Origin: Acidobacteriota bacterium
GTDB taxonomy: Bacteria; Acidobacteriota; UBA6911; RPQK01; JAJDTT01
DNA: 64,000 bases
Direction: 5' to 3'
NCBI GenBank assembly: GCA_965263035.1
Contig: OZ253580.1
Span: forward strand, 3,168,001-3,232,000
The notes beneath the pieces are model-generated. The model was not told where the DNA came from. It worked only from the letters and a program-made list of their open reading frames with translations, and made no database searches. Below, piece after piece: positions 8,739-17,968 of the stretch. Each line of letters begins with the position of its first letter. Within the stretch, counting starts at the first letter, position 1. The position numbers and the translations under genes were made by a program.

Positions 8739-10670
8739 TCAAGAGTTCTTCTTGTCGTCCACGTCGACGTACTCGGCGTCGATCACTTGGCCATCGTCCT
8801 CTTGAGCTCCGCTCGTACGAGCCTCCGGCCCCCCGGGTCCCCCGGGCTGGGGCTCAGTTGTTTCTGACTGCTGAGTCTGTTGATACATGGCCTGAGCCAC
8901 CTGGTGCGAGGCCTGCTGCAGTTTCTCCACGCTCTGCTTGATGGCCTCGGCGTCTCCTCCCTCCATGGCCTTGCGAGTCTCGGCGATGGCGTCCTCGACG
9001 GCTTTGGCGTCCGATTCCGGGATCTTGTCCCGGTTGTCCTTGACCATTTTCTCGGTGGAATAAATCAGGTTGTCCGCCTGGTTCCGAGCCTCGATCTCCT
9101 CCTTCTTCCGCAGGTCTTCCTCGCCGTGATCTTCGGCCTCCCTCACCATTCGCTGAATCTCATCGTCGCTGAGTCCGCTGGAGCCGCTGATGGTGATCTT
9201 CTGCTCCGTTCCGGTGCCCAGGTCCTTGGCGCTCACGTTGAGGATGCCGTTGGCGTCGATGTCGAAGGTGACCTCGATCTGAGGGATGCCCCGGGGAGCA
9301 GGTGGAATCCCCGAGAGGTGAAACCGGCCCAGGGACTTGTTGGCTCTGGCCATGGGCCGCTCCCCCTGCTGGACGTGGACCTCCACCGAAGTCTGGCTAT
9401 CGGCGGCGGTGGAAAAGACCTCGCTCTTGCGCGTGGGAATGGTCGTGTTCCTGGGAATCAAAACGGTCGCCACGGCCCCCAAAGTCTCGATACCGAGCGA
9501 CAGCGGAGTGACGTCCAAGAGCAGGACGTCCTTGACCTCTCCGCCCAGGACGCCGGCTTGAACCGCCGCTCCCACGCCCACGACCTCGTCCGGGTTGACA
9601 CCCTTGTGAGGCTCCTTGCCGAAGAAATCGCGGACGATCTCGTGCACTCTCGGTATCCGCGTGGAGCCGCCGACAAGAACCACCTCGTTCACTTCCTGGG
9701 GATTCATGTCGGCGTCGGCAAGGGCTCGGCGGCAGGGTTCCACGGTCCTTTGCAGCAGGTCCTCCACCAGCTGCTCGAAGCGGGCCCGGGTCAGCTTCAG
9801 GCTCAGGTGCTTGGGTCCGCTGGCGTCCGCCGTAATGAACGGTAGATTGATGTCGGTCTCCTGGGTCGTGGAGAGCTCCGTCTTGGCCTTTTCTGCCGCT
9901 TCCTTCAATCGCTGAAGGGCCATCTTGTCCCGGGAGAGATCGATCCCCTGGTCCTTCTGGAACTCGTCGACCACCCAGTCGATGAGCCGCTGGTCGATGT
10001 TGTCGCCGCCCAGGTGCGTGTCGCCGTTGGTGGCCTTGACCTCGACGATTCCCTCTCCGACTTCCAGGATCGAAATGTCGAACGTGCCGCCGCCGAAGTC
10101 GAAGACGGCGATGGTCTGGTCTGTCTTCTGGTCCAGACCGTAGGCCAGCGCGGCGGCAGTCGGCTCGTTCACGAGCCTCAGGACCTCCAGGCCCGCGATC
10201 TTCCCGGCGTCTTTGGTTGCCTGCCGCTGCGAGTCGTTGAAGTAAGCGGGCACGGTGATGACGGCCTGGTTCACGCTCTGGCCCAGATATTCCTCGGCTG
10301 CGGACCGGAGCTTCTGAAGGGTCATGGCCGACACCTCGGGCGGCGAGTGATTCTTACCCCCCAATTCCACCCGGGCGTCGCCATTGTTTGCGGCGCTGAC
10401 CCTGTAGGGGACCATCCCGATCTCTTCATTCACTTCGTTGAACTTGCGCCCCATGAAACGCTTGATGGAGTAGGCGGTGTTCTCGGGATTGGTGATGGCT
10501 TGGCGCTTGGCGACCTGACCCACCAGCCGCTCGCCGCTCTTGGTGATGGCGACGATTGAAGCGGTCGTACGGCCGCCTTCCTGGTTGGCGATGACGGTGG
10601 GCTTGTTCCCCTCCATCACCGCCACCACTGAGTTCGTAGTTCCCAGATCGATACCGATGATTCTCGACAT
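8739..10670 (-). CDS. dnaK: Molecular chaperone DnaK
   Basis: [42 protein letters not shown]. Confidence 0.99.
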   Translation of the reverse strand: MSRIIGIDLGTTNSVVAVMEGNKPTVIANQEGGRTTASIVAITKSGERLVGQVAKRQAITNPENTAYSIKRFMGRKFNEVNEEIGMVPYRVSAANNGDARVELGGKNHSPPEVSAMTLQKLRSAAEEYLGQSVNQAVITVPAYFNDSQRQATKDAGKIAGLEVLRLVNEPTAAALAYGLDQKTDQTIAVFDFGGGTFDISILEVGEGIVEVKATNGDTHLGGDNIDQRLIDWVVDEFQKDQGIDLSRDKMALQRLKEAAEKAKTELSTTQETDINLPFITADASGPKHLSLKLTRARFEQLVEDLLQRTVEPCRRALADADMNPQEVNEVVLVGGSTRIPRVHEIVRDFFGKEPHKGVNPDEVVGVGAAVQAGVLGGEVKDVLLLDVTPLSLGIETLGAVATVLIPRNTTIPTRKSEVFSTAADSQTSVEVHVQQGERPMARANKSLGRFHLSGIPPAPRGIPQIEVTFDIDANGILNVSAKDLGTGTEQKITISGSSGLSDDEIQRMVREAEDHGEEDLRKKEEIEARNQADNLIYSTEKMVKDNRDKIPESDAKAVEDAIAETRKAMEGGDAEAIKQSVEKLQQASHQVAQAMYQQTQQSETTEPQPGGPGGPEARTSGAQEDDGQVIDAEYVDVDDKKNS

Positions 10671-10679
10671 TTCGGGCTT

Positions 10680-10735
10680 CCTCCTACCTCTGTAAATATC
10701 TAATGACTTGTAAGATTCGATATTGGGGCTGTCAA
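10680..10735 (-). promoter_or_regulatory. Putative dnaK promoter and RBS
   Basis: TTGACA (10730-10735)-N17-TACAAG; AGGAGG 9 nt before the ATG. No CIRCE repeat seen. Confidence 0.5.
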
Positions 10736-10757
10736 GGGCGGCCGCCCGGTCCTGGAG

Positions 10758-10919
10758 TCAGGACCGAGAGTCGGGGGGACTGCCGCCGTGGTCTCGGATT
10801 TCCGCGGCCAGTATATCCAGCCGCCGGCCCAGCCGGCGCTGGGTCCGGGTGATATGGAGAAGGAAGGCAAACAGAAGGGTCCAGATGACCATGTAGGCGG
10901 CAAAGAGATAGCCGATCAC
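10758..10919 (-). CDS. ccmD: Heme exporter protein CcmD (53 aa)
   Basis: Manual translation from GTG: MIGYLFAAYMVIWTLLFAFLLHITRTQRRLGRRLDILAAEIRDHGGSPPDSRS*. One TM plus basic tail, directly after ccmC. Not in the ORF track. Confidence 0.85.
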   Translation of the reverse strand: MIGYLFAAYMVIWTLLFAFLLHITRTQRRLGRRLDILAAEIRDHGGSPPDSRS

Positions 10920-10932
10920 GATCCGTCCTCCA

Positions 10933-11655
10933 TCATTTGGCCAGGACCTCCACTTCCATTTCCTGAGTCAGGCGCTCCTGTAGACGCATGGACGTTCTCA
11001 AGCAGAGAAGGGTCGCATAGAGGGCCGCGAAAGCGAATACCGAGATCAAAAGCGTGTGCACCATCCTCGCCTCCAGATTCATGCCGCTGGAAGTGATGAC
11101 CACCGGATGGTGGGTTCTCCACCAGCGGATGGACATCCAGACGATGGGGACGTTGATGAAACCGACGATGCCCAGCACGGCACAGAATTTGTACTTCTGA
11201 TCCCCCTCGGGAAGGCTGCTCCGGAGGATGAGGTACGCGACGTACATCATCCAAAGCACCAGCGTGGTCGTGACCCGAGGGTCGCCCCAGGGCCACCAGG
11301 TGAACCAGATCGGCTTGGCCCAGAGCGACCCGGTGATCAAGGTCATGGTGGTGAAGACCACGCCCACCTCGGTGGACGCCGCGGCCAACTGGTCCCATTT
11401 GGCGCGTCGCGTTCTGAGATAGGCAATACTGGCCAGGAAGACCACGAAAAAGGCCAGAAAGGCGTTCCAGGCGGAGCCTACGTGGAAATAGAAGATCCGC
11501 TGGACATCCCCCATGTATTTCTCGGTGGGAGCGTACAGGAAGGCGGCGTAGAGGGCCAACGCCCCCAAGAGGAAAGCTGGGGCCAGCAGCCAGCCGGCCC
11601 ACGCCGTGTAGCGGCGAATCGCCTGCCGTTCCGTTTCAAGATTCTTCGACCACAT
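10933..11655 (-). CDS. ccmC: Heme exporter protein CcmC
   Basis: QRIFYFHV, WWD domain GSLWAKPIWFTWWPWGDPR, WWRTHHP. Confidence 0.95.
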   Translation of the reverse strand: MWSKNLETERQAIRRYTAWAGWLLAPAFLLGALALYAAFLYAPTEKYMGDVQRIFYFHVGSAWNAFLAFFVVFLASIAYLRTRRAKWDQLAAASTEVGVVFTTMTLITGSLWAKPIWFTWWPWGDPRVTTTLVLWMMYVAYLILRSSLPEGDQKYKFCAVLGIVGFINVPIVWMSIRWWRTHHPVVITSSGMNLEARMVHTLLISVFAFAALYATLLCLRTSMRLQERLTQEMEVEVLAK

Positions 11656-12337
11656 ATTCGAATACCAGATAGGAGGCTGCCAGGAAGATCACGTCAAAGG
11701 CGACCAATATCTTAATCCATCCGAAGAGGAAGCGGAACTTTTCTCCCAGCAGCACCTCCGTGCTGCCGTTCACCGCCGCCAGGATCACCGGGATGACGAT
11801 GGGGAAAAGCAGAATGGGAAGCAGGACCTCTCGGGTCCGGAGATTGGAGACCATGGCTCCGAACAACGTCCCTACGGCCGAGAAACCCAGACTGGAGAGG
11901 AGGATCAGAAGCAGCATCCAGAGCGTGGCCGAGGTCAGGGAAAAATTGTAGACGGCCATGAATATGACCAGGGTCAGCAGGTCGACGACCAACAAGAAGA
12001 TCCAGTTGGCCAGGAACTTGCCGAGAAAGATGAGTCCCCGGTCCATGGGGGAGAGCAGAACCCCGAGCAGCGTTCCTTCTTCTCTCTCCGACTGGAACGA
12101 TCGATTGAGCTGAATCACGCCGGGAAAGATCAGGGCCACCCATAGAATCCCCGGAGCCGCCTTTCGTGTTGCCGGGCTCGCCGGGTCGAACGCGAAGTTG
12201 AAGACCATCAGAATCAGGAAAGAAAAGAACAGGGTGGTGAAAAAAGCCTGACGGGATCTGAGCTCGATTCGAAGATCCTTCTCGGCCAGCGCCCAGACCA
12301 GATCGAGACCGTCCAGTAGGCTTCGAAGGGGACTCAA
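11636..12337 (-). CDS. ccmB: Heme exporter protein CcmB
   Basis: KDLRIELRSR, APGILWV, RSFQSEREEGTL, REVLLPILLFPIVIP. Start placed at TTG 12337, which overlaps the nupC stop (TTGA). Confidence 0.92.
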   Translation of the reverse strand: MSPLRSLLDGLDLVWALAEKDLRIELRSRQAFFTTLFFSFLILMVFNFAFDPASPATRKAAPGILWVALIFPGVIQLNRSFQSEREEGTLLGVLLSPMDRGLIFLGKFLANWIFLLVVDLLTLVIFMAVYNFSLTSATLWMLLLILLSSLGFSAVGTLFGAMVSNLRTREVLLPILLFPIVIPVILAAVNGSTEVLLGEKFRFLFGWIKILVAFDVIFLAASYLVFEYVVEES

Positions 12338-13632
12338 AACCCCATCAATCCTTCCTGACCATGAAAAAAGGCTCCCGCCGCCGCTCCGGTCATGAGCGTG
12401 GCCAGGGTGGCCGCCCAGAAGGCAGGCCAACTGAGCCGGGCCAGGTCGTTCCTTCGAGCCGGAACCAGCACCGAAAGGCCTCCCACGAAGATGGCCACGG
12501 AGGCCACGTGAGTGAAGCCGCAGAGCGCGTAGCTCAAGATCATGAGACCTCGGGGCGAGAGACTGCCGGCCGCGACCATGCTCGCCAGGTCCTGATAGGC
12601 CACCACCTCGGTCAGGATCCAGCGCTCACCGACGAGCCGGGCGGCGGCCGACCACTCGTCGGGAGTCAACCCCAAGCAGAGAACGAGAGGATAAGCCACC
12701 CAACCCAGAAGCATTTGGAGCGTCGGACGGAACTCCTCTTGGAGCGCCAGACTCGAGATCCCGCCCGCCGTCGCCCCCAATATCACGTCCAGCAGCTCGA
12801 CCAATCCCAGGATTCCGATCAGGAGGGCGCCGACTCCCACCGACAGACGGACTCCGTCGTTGGCGCCCTGGATGATACTGCCCATCCAGTGTCGAGACTT
12901 GCCGACGTCCTCCAAGGGAGGTACGGAACCCCGAGTCTGCGGCTCTTCTCCCTCGGGGACGATGATCTTGGCCATCAGCACCGCGGCGGGGATGGACAGC
13001 ACGGAGGCGGAGATCAGGTGCCCTGCGATATAGGGAAAGATGGGCTCCAGAAGACCGGCATAGACGGCCAGCACCGAGCTGGCGATGGTGGAAAGGCCCG
13101 ACGTCAGGAGCATCATCAACTCGGAACGGGTCATGCGCTCCAGAAAGGGCCGGACCGTCAGCATCGATTCGACACCGAAGAAAAGGTTGCTGCTGGTGGC
13201 CAGGGCTTCGGCTCCGCTGAGGCCGAAGCCGCGGTGAACCCAGCGGGCAATGGTTCTCACCACGAAGGGAAGAACTCCGAAGTGGTAGAGCAGGGAGATG
13301 ATCACCGAGAAGAAGACCACGGCGGGAAAAACCTGGAAGGCCAGGATGAAGCCCAGGGTGCCCTCTTGGCCGGGACCGGCCGCGAGAGGACCGAAGAGGA
13401 ATCGTGAACCGGCGCTGGAGGCGGTCAGAAGCGTGGCGACGGCGCCGTTGAGGGCCACCAGAACGACTCGGAAAAAGGGCCACCAGAAGACCACGACTCC
13501 CATTGCCAGCAGCGTGGCAGCAGCCGTCGCCGACGTTCGCCAGTTGACACCGCGGCGATTGGTGGAAGTGAGCCAGGCCAGCAGCACCAGTACGCAGCAT
13601 CCCGACGCCGAGTAAAGGTTCCACCAATTCAC
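12334..13632 (-). CDS. nupC: Concentrative nucleoside transporter (CNT, NupC family)
   Basis: AGSRFLFG, AFQVFPAVVFFS, SGAEAL..SSNLFFG.E, MTRSEL, HLISASVLSIPA, YALCGF. Start placed at GTG 13632. Confidence 0.9.
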   Translation of the reverse strand: MNWWNLYSASGCCVLVLLAWLTSTNRRGVNWRTSATAAATLLAMGVVVFWWPFFRVVLVALNGAVATLLTASSAGSRFLFGPLAAGPGQEGTLGFILAFQVFPAVVFFSVIISLLYHFGVLPFVVRTIARWVHRGFGLSGAEALATSSNLFFGVESMLTVRPFLERMTRSELMMLLTSGLSTIASSVLAVYAGLLEPIFPYIAGHLISASVLSIPAAVLMAKIIVPEGEEPQTRGSVPPLEDVGKSRHWMGSIIQGANDGVRLSVGVGALLIGILGLVELLDVILGATAGGISSLALQEEFRPTLQMLLGWVAYPLVLCLGLTPDEWSAAARLVGERWILTEVVAYQDLASMVAAGSLSPRGLMILSYALCGFTHVASVAIFVGGLSVLVPARRNDLARLSWPAFWAATLATLMTGAAAGAFFHGQEGLMGF

Positions 13633-13636
13633 GATC

Positions 13637-13799
13637 GACAGTCCGTGGTGAAAGTCCCGGGAAGCACCGAGACCGGGGTTGCGCCCGCCGGACCAGGCGC
13701 GATGAGGGAGCATGCCGGGAGTATGTGACCGAGTCGCAACGCAGTCCGCCGGGATGCAGACCCGGTCGAATGCCGCGACGACTCTTGCCACGGGCTGTC
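13637..13799. mobile_element. MITE-like palindromic element, family A (163 bp)
   Basis: Terminal inverted repeats GACAGTCCGTGGTGAAAGTC and GACAGCCCGTGGCAAGAGTC (16/20). A degenerate inverted copy lies near 50745-50793. Confidence 0.65.
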
Positions 13800-13837
13800 A
13801 AGGTTCCGGCAGGGCGGGTTGAAGAGTCTCATGAGCA

Positions 13838-14560
13838 TCACGCCGGTGTCTCGGGAAGGGACTCCGGTTTGTCCCCCTCCACGGCTCGAACGTAGGCGGT
13901 CTCCACGCCGCGCCGGCCCAATCCGTCGGAGGCACGGTCGTACACCAGGGAACCCCGGTCCTGTATCAGGACGCGGTCGCACAGTTCCAGGCCCTCCGAC
14001 AGATTATGGGTCACGAGCAGAGCGGTGTGGTCCCCATCCTTGAGACTTCGGAGAATGCTCGTCAAGAGCCGGTTGCCCTGCTGGTCCAGACCCACGTAGG
14101 GTTCGTCCAGCAGTAGCAGGCGGGGCTCGTGCAGGAGGGCCCGGCCCAGCGTAAGCCGCTGTTTCATGCCCCGCGAATACTCCCTGACCAGTTGCTCTCC
14201 GGTTCCTGAAAGCCCCATCTTCTCCAGAACCCGGCGGGACCGTTTCCGGGGCCGGGCGATACCGTAGAGCCGCGAGTAGAACAGAAGGTTCTCGAGGCCG
14301 GTCATCTCCTGATAGAGCAGGCTCTGGTGGGACACGTAGCCGACGTTTCGCCGTTCCGGTCCGGATCCATTGAACCGGAGGGAGATGGTTCCGCTGGTGG
14401 GCTTGAGCAAGCCGGCAACGAGTTTCAGCAGGGTCGTCTTGCCGGCGCCGTTGGGCCCGAAGAGGCTGACGAATTGGCCCTTTTCGATCTGGAGGGTCAG
14501 GTCCGAGACGGCCCGATAGGTCCCGAACCGCTTGGTGAGGTGGCTGATCCGCAGCGCCAT
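13838..14560 (-). CDS. ccmA: Heme ABC exporter ATP-binding protein CcmA
   Basis: GPNGAGKT, GYVSHQSLLY, YSRGMKQR, LLLDEP; inside the ccm cluster. Confidence 0.9.
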   Translation of the reverse strand: MALRISHLTKRFGTYRAVSDLTLQIEKGQFVSLFGPNGAGKTTLLKLVAGLLKPTSGTISLRFNGSGPERRNVGYVSHQSLLYQEMTGLENLLFYSRLYGIARPRKRSRRVLEKMGLSGTGEQLVREYSRGMKQRLTLGRALLHEPRLLLLDEPYVGLDQQGNRLLTSILRSLKDGDHTALLVTHNLSEGLELCDRVLIQDRGSLVYDRASDGLGRRGVETAYVRAVEGDKPESLPETPA

Positions 14561-14569
14561 CGGGATGAG

Positions 14570-14878
14570 TCAGGCCCTGGTCTTTCGGATCCTTTTTCGC
14601 TCCAGCGCCTCGACCTGCTCGAAGACCTCGGCGGCCCGAACCTCGTACTCGGATTTCAGGTCCTCGTAATCCTGGGACGAGAGCTTGCCCATTCGGAAAT
14701 CCATCTCGATGTCCTTCAGGTTGGCGACAATGTCCTCCTTCTCCCGCAGGAGCGCCTGCCGGTCGGTCCGAGGAGCTTCCGGGGGAGGTTCCGCTCTGGT
14801 CTCACTCCCCCACAGGAGGGGATAGGCCACGTAAAGGACCATTCCAATGAAAAGAATGGGAGCGATGATCAGCTCCAT
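14570..14878 (-). CDS. CcmI N-terminal-like membrane protein
   Basis: N-terminal TM, then LKDIEMDFRMGKLSSQDYEDLK, resembling CcmI/CycH N-termini; between ccmF and ccmA. Confidence 0.6.
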   Translation of the reverse strand: MELIIAPILFIGMVLYVAYPLLWGSETRAEPPPEAPRTDRQALLREKEDIVANLKDIEMDFRMGKLSSQDYEDLKSEYEVRAAEVFEQVEALERKRIRKTRA

Positions 14879-14917
14879 GAAGAGTCCTCGCAAGGGACGA
14901 AATCCGCCGTCCGGGGA

Positions 14918-16915
14918 TCAGGCGGTTTCGGTCCGAATTTTCTCCCTCCGGCGTCGAACGCGAGCTCGCGCGGCCGGTTTCTTGTCCGGGAAAAAGAGGA
15001 AGACACCGGCCAGGACCATGATGCCGATGCCGATCCAGACCCACTGCACCATGGGGTTCAGGAAGACGTGAAACGTCGCCTGGGTCAGGTCTTCGTCGTA
15101 ACCGGACAGAACGACGTAGACATCGTCCATGAGGGTGCGCCGAATCGCCACTTCGCTCATGGGTTGCTCGTTCTTGTGGTGGAAGTGCTTCTGCGGAAAG
15201 AAGTTGCCGATGGGCTCGTGGTTCTCGTATCCGCTGATTCGAGCGTAGACCACGTCCTTTTCCGGATCCGATCTCTGGACCAGTTCCTGGAACTTGAGGG
15301 TGTACTGACCCACCCTGAACTCGTCGCCCTGGTTCACGGTCACCAGCTCCTCATGGGAGAAGAACGAGCTGGATATGATGCCGATGAAGGCCACGACGAT
15401 CCCCAGGTGGATGATGAAGCCGCCATAGCGGCGCTTGTTCATGAGGGTCAGGTCCTTCAGGGCGACCAGGAACGAGGAGGACCGGATGCCCTGGCGGGCC
15501 CGGGCGCCCTTGTAGAACTCGAAGAAGATGCAGAAGGCCACGAAGCCGCAGGCGGAATAGAAGAGCAGAGGAATCAGGGTTCGCACGCCCAGGAACAGGG
15601 CCAGCCCTCCCGCGAGCAGTCCGCCGGTCAAGGGAATCAGGAAGTTCCGCCGGAAATTCTTGAAGGAGGCTTTTCTCCAGGCGATCAGGGGGCAGATGCC
15701 GGTGAGCACCAGGAGCGTCAGGGCCAGGGGCCAGGTGACCTTGTTGAAGAAGGGCGCCGACACCGTGATCTTCTCCCCCTGGACCCACTCGGAGATGATC
15801 GGAAAGACGGTCCCCCAGAAGATGGCGAAGCAGATGGAGACGAACAACAGGTTGTTCAACAGGAAGGTCGCTTCCCGCGAAAGAAAGGACTTCATCCGCT
15901 GCTCGCTCCGCAGCTGATCCGATCTACGGACGATCCAGAAGACCCCGAACAGGGTCGACAGCAACAGGAACCCCGCAAACATCGGTCCCAGGTTGGAGAG
16001 GGCGAAGGAGTGGACCGATGAGATGACACCGCTCCGGGTGACGAAAGTGCCGAAGATGGAAAGCTCGAAGGCGACCAGGACGAGGATGAAATTCCACAGC
16101 TTCAGCATCCCCTTCTTCTCGGTGATCATGATGGAGTGGAGGAAGGCGGTGGCGAAGAGCCAGGGCATGAAGGAAGAGTTCTCCACCGGGTCCCACGCCC
16201 AATATCCTCCCCATCCCAGCTCCTCGTAGGCCCATATCCCCCCCAGCGTGAAGCCCATGGTCAGGAAGATCCAGGCCACCAGAGTCCATTGCCGGGTCAC
16301 GCGGATCCAGGAGGTGTCCAGCGTGCGGGACATGAGAGCGGCCATGGCGAAGGCGAACGGTATGGTCAGGCCGATGTAGCCCAGGTAGAGAATCGGTGGG
16401 TGGATCACCATGTATGAGTTCTGCAGCAGAGGATTGAGACCGTTGCCATCGGGAGGAGCGGCTCCCGGGAAGGTGTTGAAGGGATTGGTGGCAAAGGTCA
16501 GCAGGATCATGAAGAAGCACAGGATCCCGGCCATCACGGCGGTGGCGTAGGGCATCAATTTCCGGTTGCGGTTCCGGTTCTGGAGCACCGCAACCAGGCA
16601 GAAGAAGGCCAGCACCAGGGCCCACATGAGCAGGCTCCCCGCCTGCCCGCCCCAGAATGCGGTGAACTTGAAGATCGTGGGGATGTCGCTGGCGCTGTAT
16701 CCGGCGACGTATTGAACGCGGAATTCGTCCGTCAGCAGGAGACCGATGAGGCAGGCGGAGGCCGCCACCACAATGACAAAGGCGGCCACCAGACTGTTCT
16801 CGGCGCTCCGGGCCAGAGCCAGCTTCTTCCTGCGCCCTGCGATACCCGCTGCGATGCAGCCGTAACCGGACAGAGCCAGGCCGGCAAGGAGACAGTATCG
16901 ACCCAGTTCAATCAT
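14918..16915 (-). CDS. ccmF: Heme lyase CcmF/NrfE
   Basis: FWGGQAGSLL, GLNPLLQN..MVIHPP, WAYEELGWGGYWAWDPVEN, SVHSFA. Confidence 0.97.
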   Translation of the reverse strand: MIELGRYCLLAGLALSGYGCIAAGIAGRRKKLALARSAENSLVAAFVIVVAASACLIGLLLTDEFRVQYVAGYSASDIPTIFKFTAFWGGQAGSLLMWALVLAFFCLVAVLQNRNRNRKLMPYATAVMAGILCFFMILLTFATNPFNTFPGAAPPDGNGLNPLLQNSYMVIHPPILYLGYIGLTIPFAFAMAALMSRTLDTSWIRVTRQWTLVAWIFLTMGFTLGGIWAYEELGWGGYWAWDPVENSSFMPWLFATAFLHSIMITEKKGMLKLWNFILVLVAFELSIFGTFVTRSGVISSVHSFALSNLGPMFAGFLLLSTLFGVFWIVRRSDQLRSEQRMKSFLSREATFLLNNLLFVSICFAIFWGTVFPIISEWVQGEKITVSAPFFNKVTWPLALTLLVLTGICPLIAWRKASFKNFRRNFLIPLTGGLLAGGLALFLGVRTLIPLLFYSACGFVAFCIFFEFYKGARARQGIRSSSFLVALKDLTLMNKRRYGGFIIHLGIVVAFIGIISSSFFSHEELVTVNQGDEFRVGQYTLKFQELVQRSDPEKDVVYARISGYENHEPIGNFFPQKHFHHKNEQPMSEVAIRRTLMDDVYVVLSGYDEDLTQATFHVFLNPMVQWVWIGIGIMVLAGVFLFFPDKKPAARARVRRRREKIRTETA

Positions 16916-16921
16916 GTTTCG

Positions 16922-17374
16922 TCAATAGGGCCTGTCGGGGACCTGGGACTTTTCGGAGGAAGCCGTCTGCGCTTCCTCATATTTGGAGGGGCATTTGGCC
17001 ATGAGGATCGTGGCCTGGAAATGGTGCCGGTCGGCTTGGTAGGTGCCCTCGACCACGACTTCCGCCCCGTCCTTGAAGGTGTCGGGGATGATCCCCTGAT
17101 AGGTGACCGGAAGAGTGTTGGGGGTCTTCTTTTCCATCACCAGGAAATCGACCTGTGACCGCTCCCGATCGATCCGGATGGTGCCGGAAGAAACGTGTCC
17201 ATGGACGCGCACCCCCAAGCCGGCGAGGTCCGACTTCTTTTCCATCAGCTCCGACAGGGTGTAGAAGTAGACCATGGTGTCGTTGATGCCGCTGAACATC
17301 AGGTAGCTCACGGCCCCCACGATCAACAGGCCGGCCACGATGAACTTGGGTGCAGGCAATCTGGAAGCAGCCAT
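16922..17374 (-). CDS. ccmE: Cytochrome c maturation heme chaperone CcmE (CxxxY type)
   Basis: GIIPDTFKDGAEVVVEG and AKCPSKY (Cys replaces the His of the canonical HxxxY motif). Start placed at ATG 17374; 17386 is the alternative. Confidence 0.93.
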   Translation of the reverse strand: MAASRLPAPKFIVAGLLIVGAVSYLMFSGINDTMVYFYTLSELMEKKSDLAGLGVRVHGHVSSGTIRIDRERSQVDFLVMEKKTPNTLPVTYQGIIPDTFKDGAEVVVEGTYQADRHHFQATILMAKCPSKYEEAQTASSEKSQVPDRPY

Positions 17375-17523
17375 GGTGCCCGCCATTGTAGCAACTTCTC
17401 GGCACGTAGAGAAGAGACGGGGGAGAGGGGAAGAAGGAGTGGGAAGTCAGGAGAAACGGACTCTCCACTTGGCGGAGGTACGGCGCAGAGTGTTCGCCGG
17501 GGCTGCGTTTGGAGCCGGCGGAT

Positions 17524-17566
17524 GGAGACACGACCCCCTTCGGAGTTCCCAGGGGGTCGTGTCTCC
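17524..17566. terminator. Strong hairpin downstream of atpE
   Basis: Perfect 16-bp inverted repeat GGAGACACGACCCCCT / AGGGGGTCGTGTCTCC with an 11-nt loop. No clear U-tract. Confidence 0.6.
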
Positions 17567-17599
17567 GGACTCGAATCGCCGTACGTATCCGAGGGGTTC

Positions 17600-17914
17600 T
17601 TACCCGATCACCAGGAGAACGACGACGAAGGTCAGAAGGGCCAGGAACTCGATGAAGGCGAGTCCCAGAATGAAGAAGAAACGGATCGTGTCGGAGGCTC
17701 CGGGGTTTCTGGAGACGCCTTCGCAGGCGGCGGTCAGGACCCGGCTCTGGCCGTAGCCGCAGCCGGCGGCCGCGATGGCCATGGCGACGGCGAGCCAGTG
17801 GATCTCCAGGCTGGTTGAGGCGGCACCTTCTTCAGCCTGTGCCTGCACGGAGACCGCCGGCAGCAGGAGGGCAACGACCAGAGCAATGGCCAGAAGGCCG
17901 AACTTTCGGTTCAT
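17600..17914 (-). CDS. atpE: ATP synthase F0 subunit c
   Basis: AAAGCGYGQS, EGVSRNPGA, LGLAFIEFL. Start ATG 17914 follows GAAGGAG. Confidence 0.93.
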   Translation of the reverse strand: MNRKFGLLAIALVVALLLPAVSVQAQAEEGAASTSLEIHWLAVAMAIAAAGCGYGQSRVLTAACEGVSRNPGASDTIRFFFILGLAFIEFLALLTFVVVLLVIG

Positions 17915-17968
17915 CAGTTGACTCCTTCCAAGGTTTGAGGTGTGAGCCCGTCGCATGGAGCGCCCGAA

